This document shows, one piece after another, positions 38,581-49,300 of a stretch of DNA of 64,000 nucleotides (position 1 is the first letter of the stretch; each line of letters opens with the position of its first letter). The position numbers and the translations under genes were made by a program. A model generated the notes under the pieces. The model was not told the DNA's origin, searched no databases, and saw only the letters and a list, made by a program, of their open reading frames with translations. Source of the stretch: a virus (taxonomy: Duplodnaviria; Caudoviricetes); IMG/VR virus record IMGVR_UViG_3300028833_000120, positions 20,978 through 84,977 of that record. One strand, 5' to 3'.

Positions 38581-39057
38581 TTAAAACAATGTTTCTTCCT
38601 CTTTTTTATTTTTTGTTTCTTTTTTATTTGTCTTTTTAACTATGACACAATCTTTATTATCAAAAAAATTCTTTTTTATAAGGTCAAGTGTTTTAGTAAT
38701 AGTTTCTTCGTCAAACATATATGCTTCCTCCAACTCTCTCATCCCAATCTCGTTTATCTCCATATATTTCTCCAAAACACAATCCTCATATTCACTGAGG
38801 ATTTTATCCTTCTTTTTCTTTTGTGAAATTTTCAATTTCAAGAAAGGAGGTAAATCCGTGTATCTTGTTGCAAGCATTGCCACAAGATTAGAAGAAAGTT
38901 CTGGGTCGGAATCAAGATTATTTACAAGATTACACTGAATCGGATATTGGGCAGAAAACAGTCTCTTTAACATAAACGAGTGCTTTCTTTTGTCTACACT
39001 CGACACTGCACCGGAATTTCTGTGACAGAAACAATTTAATACTTCGAATAGTTCCAT
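38581..39057 (-). CDS. Probable clamp-loader small subunit (gp62-like)
   Basis: LFEVLN...SFMLKRLFS...N pattern. Ends ETLF. Confidence 0.45.
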   Translation of the reverse strand: MELFEVLNCFCHRNSGAVSSVDKRKHSFMLKRLFSAQYPIQCNLVNNLDSDPELSSNLVAMLATRYTDLPPFLKLKISQKKKKDKILSEYEDCVLEKYMEINEIGMRELEEAYMFDEETITKTLDLIKKNFFDNKDCVIVKKTNKKETKNKKEEETLF

Positions 39058-39077
39058 ATCTTAAATATAACAAAAAA

Positions 39078-40259
39078 TTAATCTTGAATAAAAGATAAAT
39101 CACCATCATCCTTAACATCTTTCAAGGCGTTTATCTGAATGGTACTTTTATAATCTTTGAATCTTGATTTTGAGAATATTTTCTCTTTCGTTATCTTTGA
39201 AATAACAGCATTGTTTTTCAACATCTCTTCATTTATGTTTGCATCCATGTCTTTAATGATATAATCGGGAATACTTTCCTCCGTCAAAGCAACAAGTTTT
39301 GCATTTGTCTTGATGTTTTCAAAAAGCATTCTCTTTGTGAAATTATCATCCTTTATCTTTGCAATATCATATATAACATTACAGAGTATTTTCAACGCTT
39401 CGTCGTTTGAATAGATTGTATAGTTAAACTTACATCCTAGTCTCTTTATAAATTCCTCATATATTTTTTCAGTGGTTTTGATACCGATACCCTTAGACCT
39501 TGTTGCCCCGTCACCTTGTTTATAATACACGGGATAGATATTGTCAGACTGGTCTCCGGAAACGACTTTTGTAAATCTAACGACCTCTGGTTCCACAACC
39601 TCAACATCAACACTCGATACAAACTTTCTAAATGGGTCACTCTCAATGGAAACTGCAAAAACTTCACCAAATAAATTCTCAGACGAAAGATTTGTCTTTT
39701 TTTCCAAATCTTTGATAAAGTCATCACTTTCTTTGCTAACATATAACTTATTGGTCAATGGAGCATATTGAATTATTTGCACACCATCGACACATTTAAC
39801 CAATTGGGTTAAATCCCTGTCGGTGGAAAAAATGAGAGAAGACTTTCCATTTTTAAAAAGAGACTCACTCCAGACATAAATCAAATCGTCACCCTCACTA
39901 TGCTCAACTTGTGAAACCTTAATCCCAAGATTCTTTATAGTTTCGGTAAAAGAATTTGTTACTTCAGCGAAACTTTCCTTATTAATATTATCTTGAACTT
40001 TCTTACGATTTCCTTTGTATTCCCTTTGTAGCAACAAATCTTTTCTCCATGGATGTGGTGAATCCTTCACGAATACTATATCGTTGATAATCGGATTCAT
40101 CTGTTTCACAATATTACAGAAATCCACCATCAGTTTCTTCTCATAAGCGTCTTTGTCTTTTTGTGTGTTCAAAACTTTTGTACTCCCTTGTTTAAACACA
40201 CCCCACAAACTTCTGAAAAAGAAGTTATGTCCATCTATTATCAAAGTAAATCTTTTCAT
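39078..40259 (-). CDS. 5'-3' exonuclease / RNase H (T4 rnh-like, FEN family)
   Basis: IIDGHN, WRK...YKGNR, EGDDLI, STDRDLTQL and GDQSDNI. Start at ATG 40259. Confidence 0.85.
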   Translation of the reverse strand: MKRFTLIIDGHNFFFRSLWGVFKQGSTKVLNTQKDKDAYEKKLMVDFCNIVKQMNPIINDIVFVKDSPHPWRKDLLLQREYKGNRKKVQDNINKESFAEVTNSFTETIKNLGIKVSQVEHSEGDDLIYVWSESLFKNGKSSLIFSTDRDLTQLVKCVDGVQIIQYAPLTNKLYVSKESDDFIKDLEKKTNLSSENLFGEVFAVSIESDPFRKFVSSVDVEVVEPEVVRFTKVVSGDQSDNIYPVYYKQGDGATRSKGIGIKTTEKIYEEFIKRLGCKFNYTIYSNDEALKILCNVIYDIAKIKDDNFTKRMLFENIKTNAKLVALTEESIPDYIIKDMDANINEEMLKNNAVISKITKEKIFSKSRFKDYKSTIQINALKDVKDDGDLSFIQD

Positions 40260-40281
40260 ATTACTAAATATAACAAAACTT

Positions 40282-40995
40282 TTACAAGTCAATATAATTT
40301 GTTATAAGTCTAACCTTCGGTTTATGATAGGTCATAATCGTTGGAAAACTTGTCAAAAAATCAATCCCGTCTTCTCCTATTGTTTGTATTAAATCATAAT
40401 TATTAGAAAGCACCATATTCATAAAACTAACATAATCATCAAAATCGAAATCAACATAAAACTTCCTATTCATATAATCATTCGGAATATACCCATAGAA
40501 AATAAACATATTGTTAAAAAAATCGACAGCATTCTTATCCAAAGAATCACTCAGATACATCTCTATTTTCTTGACTTTATATATATTGTTAAAAAAATCA
40601 TGCTTTTTTTCTTCATCCAATTCAGATTCAGATTCAGAATTTAAGGCATTTTCAAACAAATTCAAATAATTGTCATCATTAACAAATGTAACTGTTATAC
40701 ATCGTAAATTACGGAAGACCCTGAAAATACTGAAAATACACTCCAATCCAAACAGAGGAATTTTATTTTCTTTACATTCATTATAGCAATTCATCAAAAC
40801 ATTCACAACGTCATTGGAATGTAGATTCATAAATTTTACACAATCATTTTCTTCCAATATAGTGAATACAATCCCACTATTTTTCAAAGAATTATAAAAT
40901 TTTAAAATAGAAACATTCAGCAAAGGAACTTTAACATCGATTTCATAAACTTGAAGAAGTCTGAATACAAACTTATTATTTTCCATTTTACCCAT
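40282..40995 (-). CDS. Hypothetical protein
   Basis: 237-aa ORF with a promoter-motif variant at 41021-41032. Confidence 0.55.
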   Translation of the reverse strand: MGKMENNKFVFRLLQVYEIDVKVPLLNVSILKFYNSLKNSGIVFTILEENDCVKFMNLHSNDVVNVLMNCYNECKENKIPLFGLECIFSIFRVFRNLRCITVTFVNDDNYLNLFENALNSESESELDEEKKHDFFNNIYKVKKIEMYLSDSLDKNAVDFFNNMFIFYGYIPNDYMNRKFYVDFDFDDYVSFMNMVLSNNYDLIQTIGEDGIDFLTSFPTIMTYHKPKVRLITNYIDL

Positions 40996-41036
40996 AAATA
41001 TAAAATAAAACCATTCACTTAAAATATAACAAAACT

Positions 41037-41525
41037 ATGGACATTAAATCACTAAAACCGGTAGCTTACGGAAAATTTAGACAAGGATACTATAATCCGA
41101 TTCATCCGGAAAAATATGTAACAAACAAAAATCAAATCATTTATAGAAGTTCGTGGGAACTTCGTTTTATGAAATGGTTGGATACATGTATTGATGTTAT
41201 CGAATGGGCATCGGAACCGGTTTCAATAAAATATTTCTATACCATAGACCAAAGAATACATACATACTATCCAGATTTTTATTTTTCATACAAGAAGCAA
41301 GACGGAAGAATACTAAAATATATAGTTGAGTGTAAACCATCTAACCAATTAAAAGAACCAGAACCTCCAAAAAGAAGAACGATAAACTCAATAAAAAACT
41401 ATAATTACTTAATGGAATGTTGCATCAAAAACTCTTGTAAGAGAATAGCAGCTAAAAAATGGTGTGAAGAAAACGGATATCACTTTGTATACTTGACTGA
41501 AAAGTCAAATTTAAATTTCTTGTAA
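41037..41525 (+). CDS. Head completion nuclease (T4 gp4-like, TnsA fold)
   Basis: YNPIHPEKY, IYRSSWE, WASEP, HTYYPDF and VECKP. Confidence 0.85.
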   Translation: MDIKSLKPVAYGKFRQGYYNPIHPEKYVTNKNQIIYRSSWELRFMKWLDTCIDVIEWASEPVSIKYFYTIDQRIHTYYPDFYFSYKKQDGRILKYIVECKPSNQLKEPEPPKRRTINSIKNYNYLMECCIKNSCKRIAAKKWCEENGYHFVYLTEKSNLNFL

Positions 41526-41611
41526 AAACTTTTATATTATGATATAAACAAATGAGCCATAATTTTTGTTTGTATTAATCATAAATATATTACATAAAAA
41601 CAATCATTTAG

Positions 41612-44600
41612 ATGCCAAAAGCAGTAAGTTTGAACGATGTCGCCGGTATGTTGTCTACTAGGGGTGACATATCTACAATAGGTGGTGCAATCGGATGTAT
41701 GTCGGCAATGATAAGTGGTGACGCCAGGGATAAGGAAAACACCACTAGTAACGACATTAAAAAAATACAAGAATTTATTCTCGGTGACGGTGGAAGTCTG
41801 TCATCGATGATTGATAGTATACATGAGGCTATAGCAGACCAAACTATTGAAATTCAAAAAATAATTGAAGGAAACAGAGAAAAGAAACTTGTAAAGTCTG
41901 ATATTTCTAAGATGATTAAGACTGCAACCGATGGTCTTGAAAAAAGACTTGACCGAATTATAGACTCGTTAAGAAAGATTGGTAAAGACCAAGGTGGAAG
42001 TATGAAATGGGGTAAAACAAAAAGAGAAAAGGATTCTATCGAACAATTCAGACTTTCATTGAATGACAAGAAAAAAATGAAAGAAAGCAAGATAGGAAAA
42101 CTTGTTTCTATGCTCAGTGAATTGAAAGCGGTTTCCCTCAAAGACCTTTTGACATTCAGACCGAAACTTAAACTTCTTGATAATCTTAATCCACAGATTA
42201 ATTCACTCGCTAAGAGTATAAATTCAAAAAATGTTGCAAAGGTTTCTGATTTCTTGGAGAAAAGTCCAAAGATGTTCGAGAATTTAAATCTTTCGATTAG
42301 GTTGGCGAGATTTATAAAACAGAAAGAACTTGACAAGTTTTACGACATACTCGGTGTAGGTGATGAGAAAAAACCACGAAAGAGGTCCATTTTAGGCCTT
42401 CTGACGAGTTTTAGTGAGTTGAATGAGGCAACATTAAACAAATCCAAAAAGAACGTCGCCACGGTCTTTAAAATGGTCCGTGATATTTGTTCCGGAGTTG
42501 CAGTGTTGGTTGTTGCCACACCCGTGATACTCGCCGCCGGTATTTTGTCAAAACCTTTAGAATGGGCTTTCTTTGGTTTCAATAAGAAGGGTGATGGTGG
42601 AATAATGGGATTGTTAACTAAACTTTCAAAGAAAAGAAAGGTTATAAGGAATGCCAATGAAGCCATCGTGTCGATGAGTTTTGGATTTGTTGCACTCGGT
42701 GCCGGTCTCGGTCTGTTGTTCTCACTCACCAAGAAGATAGAGTGGGTGCAACTTGCAAGAGTTGCCGCTACAACTGTTGTCTTTGGTACACTTACTACTT
42801 TACTGGGTAAGTTTAAGAAACCTATTAAAACGGGTGTAGAGTCGATGTTGATGTTGTCGGCGGGTATGGCCGGTCTTGGAATTGGTCTCGGTCTGTTGTT
42901 TAAATTGACCAAAGGTGTCGATTGGGAGCAGATGGCGATAGTCGGAACATCAGTTCTTGGATTTGGACTTATCGCTGCAACATTCGGTAAGTTCGACAGA
43001 ACTATACAGAAAGGTTCTATTGCAATGGTTATGATGAGTCTCGGAATAACCACACTCGGTCTTGGAATGGGTGTGTTGTTCGGATTGACAAAGAATATAA
43101 CATGGAAGCAGATGGCCGTCGTTGGTGCAAGTATGGCAATGTTAGGTGTCGTGACACTTGGTCTCGGTGCAATAAACAAGACCGGTATGGTTGTTGAGGG
43201 TGCAATCGCTATGGGTGTTCTTGGGTTGGCTTTGATACCATTTGGTCTTTCCATGAAACTTCTTATGAGTTCAGTAAGAGGTTTGAAGTGGAGTGAGTTT
43301 GGTATGTTTGCATCAACAACGCTTCTACTCGGAGGTGCAGTAATAGGACTCGGTGCATTGATGTGTACCGGTGTCGGTGCAATCGCTTGGACGGCGGGTC
43401 TCGCTGCAATAGGAGGTCTTGGTCTCGCTCTTATACCATTCGGTAAAGGAATGCAGCAAGTTTCAAAAGCAGCAAAGGGAGTAGACAACAAGGCAATTGA
43501 AAATTTGGTAGATTCCGCTAAAAGGATAATAGTTACATTGAGTAGTGCAGCAACGAGAAAAGAAAGACGTAATGCAAGAAAGAATGCAAGGTTGATGAAG
43601 TCGATAGGTGGTAGTCTTAACAGTGTTGCTAAAAGTCTTAAAACATTTAACGAAGTATCTTCATCGTCAATAGAGAAAGCAATAGATTCTATCAAGAAAA
43701 TATCTGAATTTTTCTTCGGTGAGAAAGGTATGACCAAATATGGACTTGATTGGAAAAAGAGAGTAAAGGCTAAAAAAGAAGCAGACACAATTGGACAAGT
43801 TTCTAGTATAATGCACAGACTTTCAACTGGATTAAAGATATTCAATGAAGTTGCACCATCATCGATAGACAAGGCTATGGATGCAGTCAAGAAGATTGCT
43901 GAGTTTTTCTTCTCACCGAATAGTGGGTTGAACAAACTCAATGCAAGTTGGTCTAACAGACGTAAGGCAAGAAAGACATCAGATACCATCGTTCAAATCT
44001 CAAACTGTATCTTTAAATTATCAAAGGGGTTGAAAGATTTCAATGAAGTCAGTGAGAGTTCGATAAGTAAGGCAAAGAAAGCAATACACAGTATTGCCCA
44101 TTATTTCTTCTCACCAAGTAGTTCGTTGAATAAGATGAATGTCGATTGGATGAAGAGAAAGAAAGGTAAGAAAAATGCAGACGCTATCGGTGCAATCGGT
44201 GATTCAATGTATAAAATATCAAAGGCATTGAAAGAATTTAATGAGATAGGTGATAAGGCGGTTAACAGAATGATGGAAAGTGTCGATAAGATTGCAAACT
44301 ATTTCTTCGACAACAAGAAAAAGGTGAATACCGGAAAGTCTTGGAAGATTCAACGTTCTATGGAATATATTGCAGACGGACTTAGTTACTTCGACGATAA
44401 GACAAAAGATATTGATAGTAAGAGATTACTTGAAAACTTCGATGTATTTAATAAAGTGTCTTCACAAATTCTTGACAAATGGAAGACCGATTATAGAGAC
44501 ACTGCAACCGACATCAATAAGAGTATGAGTATTCTTGTTAATTCTTTCAATGATGCCGGTAGAAATTACAGAAAGAGTGTGAAAGCAACTACAACTCTTT

Positions 44601-45073
44601 TTAAACAGATGTCTAATCCGAATTTCGCCGCTTCGGGAAAGACTATGAGAATTGCATCTAACTTTGTCAGAAGTGTAAATGCAGTTGATATTGATAGAGC
44701 ATCTTCATTAACTGACATGTTTAAGTCGTTTGCTTCAATAGGTAAAGCGGGAAATGTTTTTAGTAGGTTTGACAAACGAGTCAAACAATTTACGGAAGCA
44801 TGTATCGAACTTGTCAATGCAATTAACGGTAATACTGAAGCTTTGAACAATAGTGACGAAGTTGTCACTGTTAAGAATGAGTTCGGAGAACAAGAAACCG
44901 TGAAGAGAAAGGATGCAGAACTCATGCCTAAACAGATGGTTATATTGAATGTCGGAGACCTTGCAAACGCTATTGCAGACCAATTGAATAGTTTAAGTGT
45001 TGATTGTGATGCAAATATCAATCTCCAAATCAACAGTGAATCTGGAAATGAATGGAGAATTTCAAGAATGTAA
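41612..45073 (+). CDS. Tape measure protein
   Basis: 1153 aa, helical, with Gly/Ala-rich hydrophobic repeats (W.QMA.VG...LG) and amphipathic FNEV/FF repeats. CATAAATA upstream. Confidence 0.7.
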   Translation: MPKAVSLNDVAGMLSTRGDISTIGGAIGCMSAMISGDARDKENTTSNDIKKIQEFILGDGGSLSSMIDSIHEAIADQTIEIQKIIEGNREKKLVKSDISKMIKTATDGLEKRLDRIIDSLRKIGKDQGGSMKWGKTKREKDSIEQFRLSLNDKKKMKESKIGKLVSMLSELKAVSLKDLLTFRPKLKLLDNLNPQINSLAKSINSKNVAKVSDFLEKSPKMFENLNLSIRLARFIKQKELDKFYDILGVGDEKKPRKRSILGLLTSFSELNEATLNKSKKNVATVFKMVRDICSGVAVLVVATPVILAAGILSKPLEWAFFGFNKKGDGGIMGLLTKLSKKRKVIRNANEAIVSMSFGFVALGAGLGLLFSLTKKIEWVQLARVAATTVVFGTLTTLLGKFKKPIKTGVESMLMLSAGMAGLGIGLGLLFKLTKGVDWEQMAIVGTSVLGFGLIAATFGKFDRTIQKGSIAMVMMSLGITTLGLGMGVLFGLTKNITWKQMAVVGASMAMLGVVTLGLGAINKTGMVVEGAIAMGVLGLALIPFGLSMKLLMSSVRGLKWSEFGMFASTTLLLGGAVIGLGALMCTGVGAIAWTAGLAAIGGLGLALIPFGKGMQQVSKAAKGVDNKAIENLVDSAKRIIVTLSSAATRKERRNARKNARLMKSIGGSLNSVAKSLKTFNEVSSSSIEKAIDSIKKISEFFFGEKGMTKYGLDWKKRVKAKKEADTIGQVSSIMHRLSTGLKIFNEVAPSSIDKAMDAVKKIAEFFFSPNSGLNKLNASWSNRRKARKTSDTIVQISNCIFKLSKGLKDFNEVSESSISKAKKAIHSIAHYFFSPSSSLNKMNVDWMKRKKGKKNADAIGAIGDSMYKISKALKEFNEIGDKAVNRMMESVDKIANYFFDNKKKVNTGKSWKIQRSMEYIADGLSYFDDKTKDIDSKRLLENFDVFNKVSSQILDKWKTDYRDTATDINKSMSILVNSFNDAGRNYRKSVKATTTLFKQMSNPNFAASGKTMRIASNFVRSVNAVDIDRASSLTDMFKSFASIGKAGNVFSRFDKRVKQFTEACIELVNAINGNTEALNNSDEVVTVKNEFGEQETVKRKDAELMPKQMVILNVGDLANAIADQLNSLSVDCDANINLQINSESGNEWRISRM

Positions 45074-45113
45074 TTTTTTTTGTTATATTTAATGTAATAA
45101 TAAAAATATTTTT

Positions 45114-46115
45114 ATGGAAGATAATATAAATTTGACTTACGAAGAGCAAGTAGAAAGAGAGTTTAACTTGTCACAGGAACCACAACAAAATGATATTATA
45201 AAAGATTTGGGTAAGGTGGATATTACAAAAGGAACTCATAGTGATGGTGTGCAAGATGATGAGAATGTTAAGAGAATCAACAATATGATTGGTTATTTAA
45301 ACGTTCCATTGGAAACACTTCCTTCACAAGGAAGATACTATCCGGAAAATACAAGAATCAGTATCAGGGCTGCCCGTGTCGGTGAGATACGTGAGTTCTC
45401 AACTATTGATGAGGAAGACCCAAAAGATGTCGCCGACAAACTTACATATATCATTTCACAATGTTGTAAGATTTATTATGGCAATGTACCAGGTCATTAT
45501 AAAGACATTATTGTCGCTGACCGTATTGTATTAATTTTCAAGATTCGTGAATTGACATTTGTTGATGGTCAGTCATCAATTAAAATTCCGGTTCCAAACG
45601 GGGCGTGTAAAACGGTTGGTTGTAAACCACAGGAACATATTTTGTTTAATTCAAATATGTTCAAATTTATGAAACCGGATGAGGAACTTGAAAAGTATTA
45701 TGACCCAATTAATCGTTGTTATAACGTACACACAAAAAGCTTTGGGATGATTACTCTATATATCCCTACAATCGGTACTTGGACTGCTGTGTCTGATTAT
45801 GTGAGGAATGAATTGCAGAATAATCGTAAGATTGAAGAGACTGTTTCAGAAATGGTTCAGTTTCTTGTAAAGGATTGGAGGGGTCTTGGTGAGAGGTCAA
45901 TCTTCAACAAGATTTCTGAAATTTCAGGATGGGATACTAAGAAGTTTAACCTTGTATATAGACTCATTGAAAAAATCAATGTAGGTATTGAGTTTGAGGT
46001 TACTGATACCTGTGAAAATTGTGGAGGTGAAATAAAAGTTCCTATTTCCTTTCCCGACGGATATAAATCAATATTTGTTCAGACAATTTCAGATATCGGA
46101 GACGAACTTCTATGA
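45114..46115 (+). CDS. Baseplate hub/tail assembly chaperone (gp26-like)
   Basis: LPSQGRYY, DRIVLIFKIRELTF and CENCG. Adjacent to the tape measure gene. Confidence 0.6.
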   Translation: MEDNINLTYEEQVEREFNLSQEPQQNDIIKDLGKVDITKGTHSDGVQDDENVKRINNMIGYLNVPLETLPSQGRYYPENTRISIRAARVGEIREFSTIDEEDPKDVADKLTYIISQCCKIYYGNVPGHYKDIIVADRIVLIFKIRELTFVDGQSSIKIPVPNGACKTVGCKPQEHILFNSNMFKFMKPDEELEKYYDPINRCYNVHTKSFGMITLYIPTIGTWTAVSDYVRNELQNNRKIEETVSEMVQFLVKDWRGLGERSIFNKISEISGWDTKKFNLVYRLIEKINVGIEFEVTDTCENCGGEIKVPISFPDGYKSIFVQTISDIGDELL

Positions 46116-46359
46116 TAACGTAATCATAGCAATGGAGAATCTTCACATGGACTATGCTACGATAATGAATCTTTGGATGTATGATTTTCAGAACATACTA
46201 GAAAGATATGGTAAGATGATTGAAGAAAGAAAGGAAGATGAGAAAAAACAAAATGAAGAATTTGAGAAAGCTCATCCACTACCATCACCAGATAAGTATC
46301 TGAGGGGATATGGTTCTAATGTTCCGAAGATTCCAAATATGAATAACATAAAACTATAA
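46075..46359 (+). CDS. gp51-like small assembly protein, or +1 frame extension of the chaperone
   Basis: NFYDNVIIAMENLHMDYATIMNLWMYDF pattern. Overlaps the upstream gene in the +1 frame. Confidence 0.5.
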   Translation: MFRQFQISETNFYDNVIIAMENLHMDYATIMNLWMYDFQNILERYGKMIEERKEDEKKQNEEFEKAHPLPSPDKYLRGYGSNVPKIPNMNNIKL

Positions 46360-46396
46360 AAAAAAAAGAGAGGTGTTTTAAACACCTCTCTTTTTT
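46360..46396. terminator. Bidirectional terminator
   Basis: aaaaaagagaggtgttt-t-aaacacctctctttttt. Confidence 0.8.
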
Positions 46397-49300
46397 ATAC
46401 TTTACCCAAATCATTTACATCTTTTGTCACTCTTTTCTTTTCAGAAAGTTTATCTAGTTTTTTCAAAACATTTCCAATCTTTTCACTTGTGTCAAGTTTT
46501 CCAAGATTTCTTATATTCTCTTGTGTTCCTTGATTTGGATATATATTCTCAATTTCTTCCACTATCGGTCTGTTTGGGTCATCTTGAATAACATCTCCGA
46601 TATATTCTTGAGTGTGACTTCTACTATCTGTAGGATAGATGTTTCCAAGTTGTGAGACATTCGGTCTTGTTGTTTCATCCGGTGTAACGTCACCAATATG
46701 TCCTTGAACAAGTGGAGTACTTTGTTGTGGATATATGTTGTCTATAACTTCCACTATTGGTCTGTTTGGGTCATTTGGTAATACATCACCCAAGTTACTT
46801 ACGTTTTTACTATTACCATCCGTAGGATATATATTTCCAATGTTTGTTGTGTTTGGAACTTGTGGTTCGTCTGGCAACACATCACCCAAGTTACTTACAT
46901 TTACACTAGATTGTTGATTTGGATATATATTTCCAATGTTTGTTGTGTTTGGAACTTGTGGTTCGTCGGGTAATACATCTCCAATATATCTTTGTCTTCT
47001 TGGTGTGGTAAGTGTCGGATAAACATTTCCAATCTGTGTAACATTTGGTACCTGTGGGTCATCCGGTAATACGTCTCCTATATAACCTTCTATCGGTGGA
47101 GTAGTATTTGGTGGATACACATTTCCTATATTATCGATTGGTGGAACTTGTGGTTCGTCGGGTAATACATCATCGATATAACCTTGAATTGTCGTTCTTC
47201 CATTTGGTGGATACACATTTCCTAACTGTGTAATATCTGGTCCAGGAATATCATCTGGAAGTACATCATCTATCGTGTTGATTATATATGATGGATTGTC
47301 ATCCGGTAACACGTCACCCAAACCGGTGACTATTCCGTTTGACATTGTTGTATTTACACCATTTATAACAACTCCACTTCCATGTTCCATAGGTACTGTT
47401 TCCAAGTTGTCATTATCATTGACATTACCTATTCGTTTTACATATCCATTTGCAATGACAGATGTTACACCGTCGAGTTGTGGAACACCAAGATTAATTG
47501 TTGTGTTGTTTGTATCCGGAGAAGCGTTATAGTCTATTGCACCAACAGTACTTGTATTGTTACCTGGGAAAACTATATGTTCTATTTCTTCCAAATATGC
47601 ACTATACACATTACCTCTATCTTGTCCAACTGAGGCGGCCACACTTGTGGCGAGATATTTGAATAATCGTTCAAACTCTTTTCTTGATTCGGTTAAATTC
47701 TCATTTACAGATTCAATTGCACCATGTGTTGCAATACCTTCCATATATCTGTCTCTCATCTCAATGCCTCTGTCTCTATTTAACCTTAGTCTTCTATACT
47801 CTTCATAATCGTCATTATTGACATTACCTAATGGAGAATTATCGAAATATCCATGTTTAACAACCTCATAATTTTGTGAACCATCATCTTTTGGTGTATT
47901 TTCGAGTGGGTCGTTGATATTCACATTTCCAAGACTTGAATACTTGTTTCCTTTGGTTCTTGAAATAATTCCGACCATATTTGGAACTTCTCTGTCATCT
48001 TTTATTGATTTTTCCAACATGTCGTTTTCATTCACATTACCTATTGATGAAACCATATAGTCTTGTACGGTTGAATTTATTCCATTGAGTTGTGGTTCGT
48101 CTATCTGTGTACTTGAACGTTCTTTCGCCGAGTCGTTAAGATTGACGTTACCAAGTGGAGAGTTCAACATATAGTTCATCTTATTAAACAAAGTTTCAGG
48201 ATGTTCTGATTTCTGTTGTGGAACGGTACTATGTCCGTCAAGTCCCTCCAAGTCACCTGTAAATTCTATCTTGTTTTCTTGAACTTTAATTCTTCTATTG
48301 TTGTCATTGACGTTTAAAAGACCATTTAATTTTGGTTTTCTTTCATCAAACTTTTCGGAAGTCATTGTATATGTCTTTGTTCCAAGTGGATATTTCAACT
48401 CATCAAGTTTTTTGGCGTTTCTATTGGAAATACTTACAGATGGTCTATGTGGTCCTTTTGAAAGATTTCTTAGAAGATTATGTTTCATATCCTCGAAAGG
48501 TAGATAATTTATCACACAGTCACTATAACTGAATGTGAAATTGGTCATTCTCATATCACCACGGTCTGCATTAGAAACATTTTCGAAGATACTTCCGGTT
48601 TCTTCGGGTATGATTTCACATCCAAAGAATTTAAACTCGATTGCAGACATTGAATTGAGTGCAACTTCTACAATCTTTGGAATATTGAGCTGTCCACTTT
48701 TTCTTATTGCTCTACCCAATGATGTTGTCATCTTATAGAAGTTTCTTATGTCATGTACAAAAACAGAACAATTGAATCTTCTGAGATTGACTGGTACACG
48801 TTCTCGACGATATTGTGCATCATATACGGCATTAAAGTATTTGTTGAACATTCCACTAACTTTTAAATCGAGTGATTCGTAGATTGTTATAGATATTTTA
48901 TTATCAATGGAACCACGAAAACTATCCTTTACACCATAATTGTTTTTGTATGCTTCGTCTAGACCGGTTATAGTCTGCATAAGATATGGATACTCTGTTG
49001 TGAGTCTTGTCATACCTCGAATAAAACCAAGCATGTCATATACAGTTTGTGGGGCATCTGGTATGGTTGTTTTGTTACTATTTTGGAATGTTTGGTCATC
49101 TTCTACTCCGGATGACACATCACCCGTATGGAGTCTTGCATCCTCACTTGCCCTTCTAGAACCATTATATTTAATTTCTATATCATCTTCTATGACCGAT
49201 ATTGATTCATTTACATCAATTAAATCGTTCTTTACATTTTCCAAATCCTTTTCTCTCTGTGAATATTGGTCATTCTCATATTTGGCAGTTGTCTCTCTTA

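Noticed and set aside
42340-43989. 549-aa antisense ORF inside the tape measure gene
   Set aside because: Shadow frame of a repetitive Gly/Ala-rich gene. It has no promoter motif and a Pro/Ile/Thr mirror composition.
46480-47330. Possible CRISPR array or DGR repeats
   Set aside because: The repeats are in-frame, degenerate at the codon level and lack unique spacers. No cas or reverse transcriptase gene is seen.
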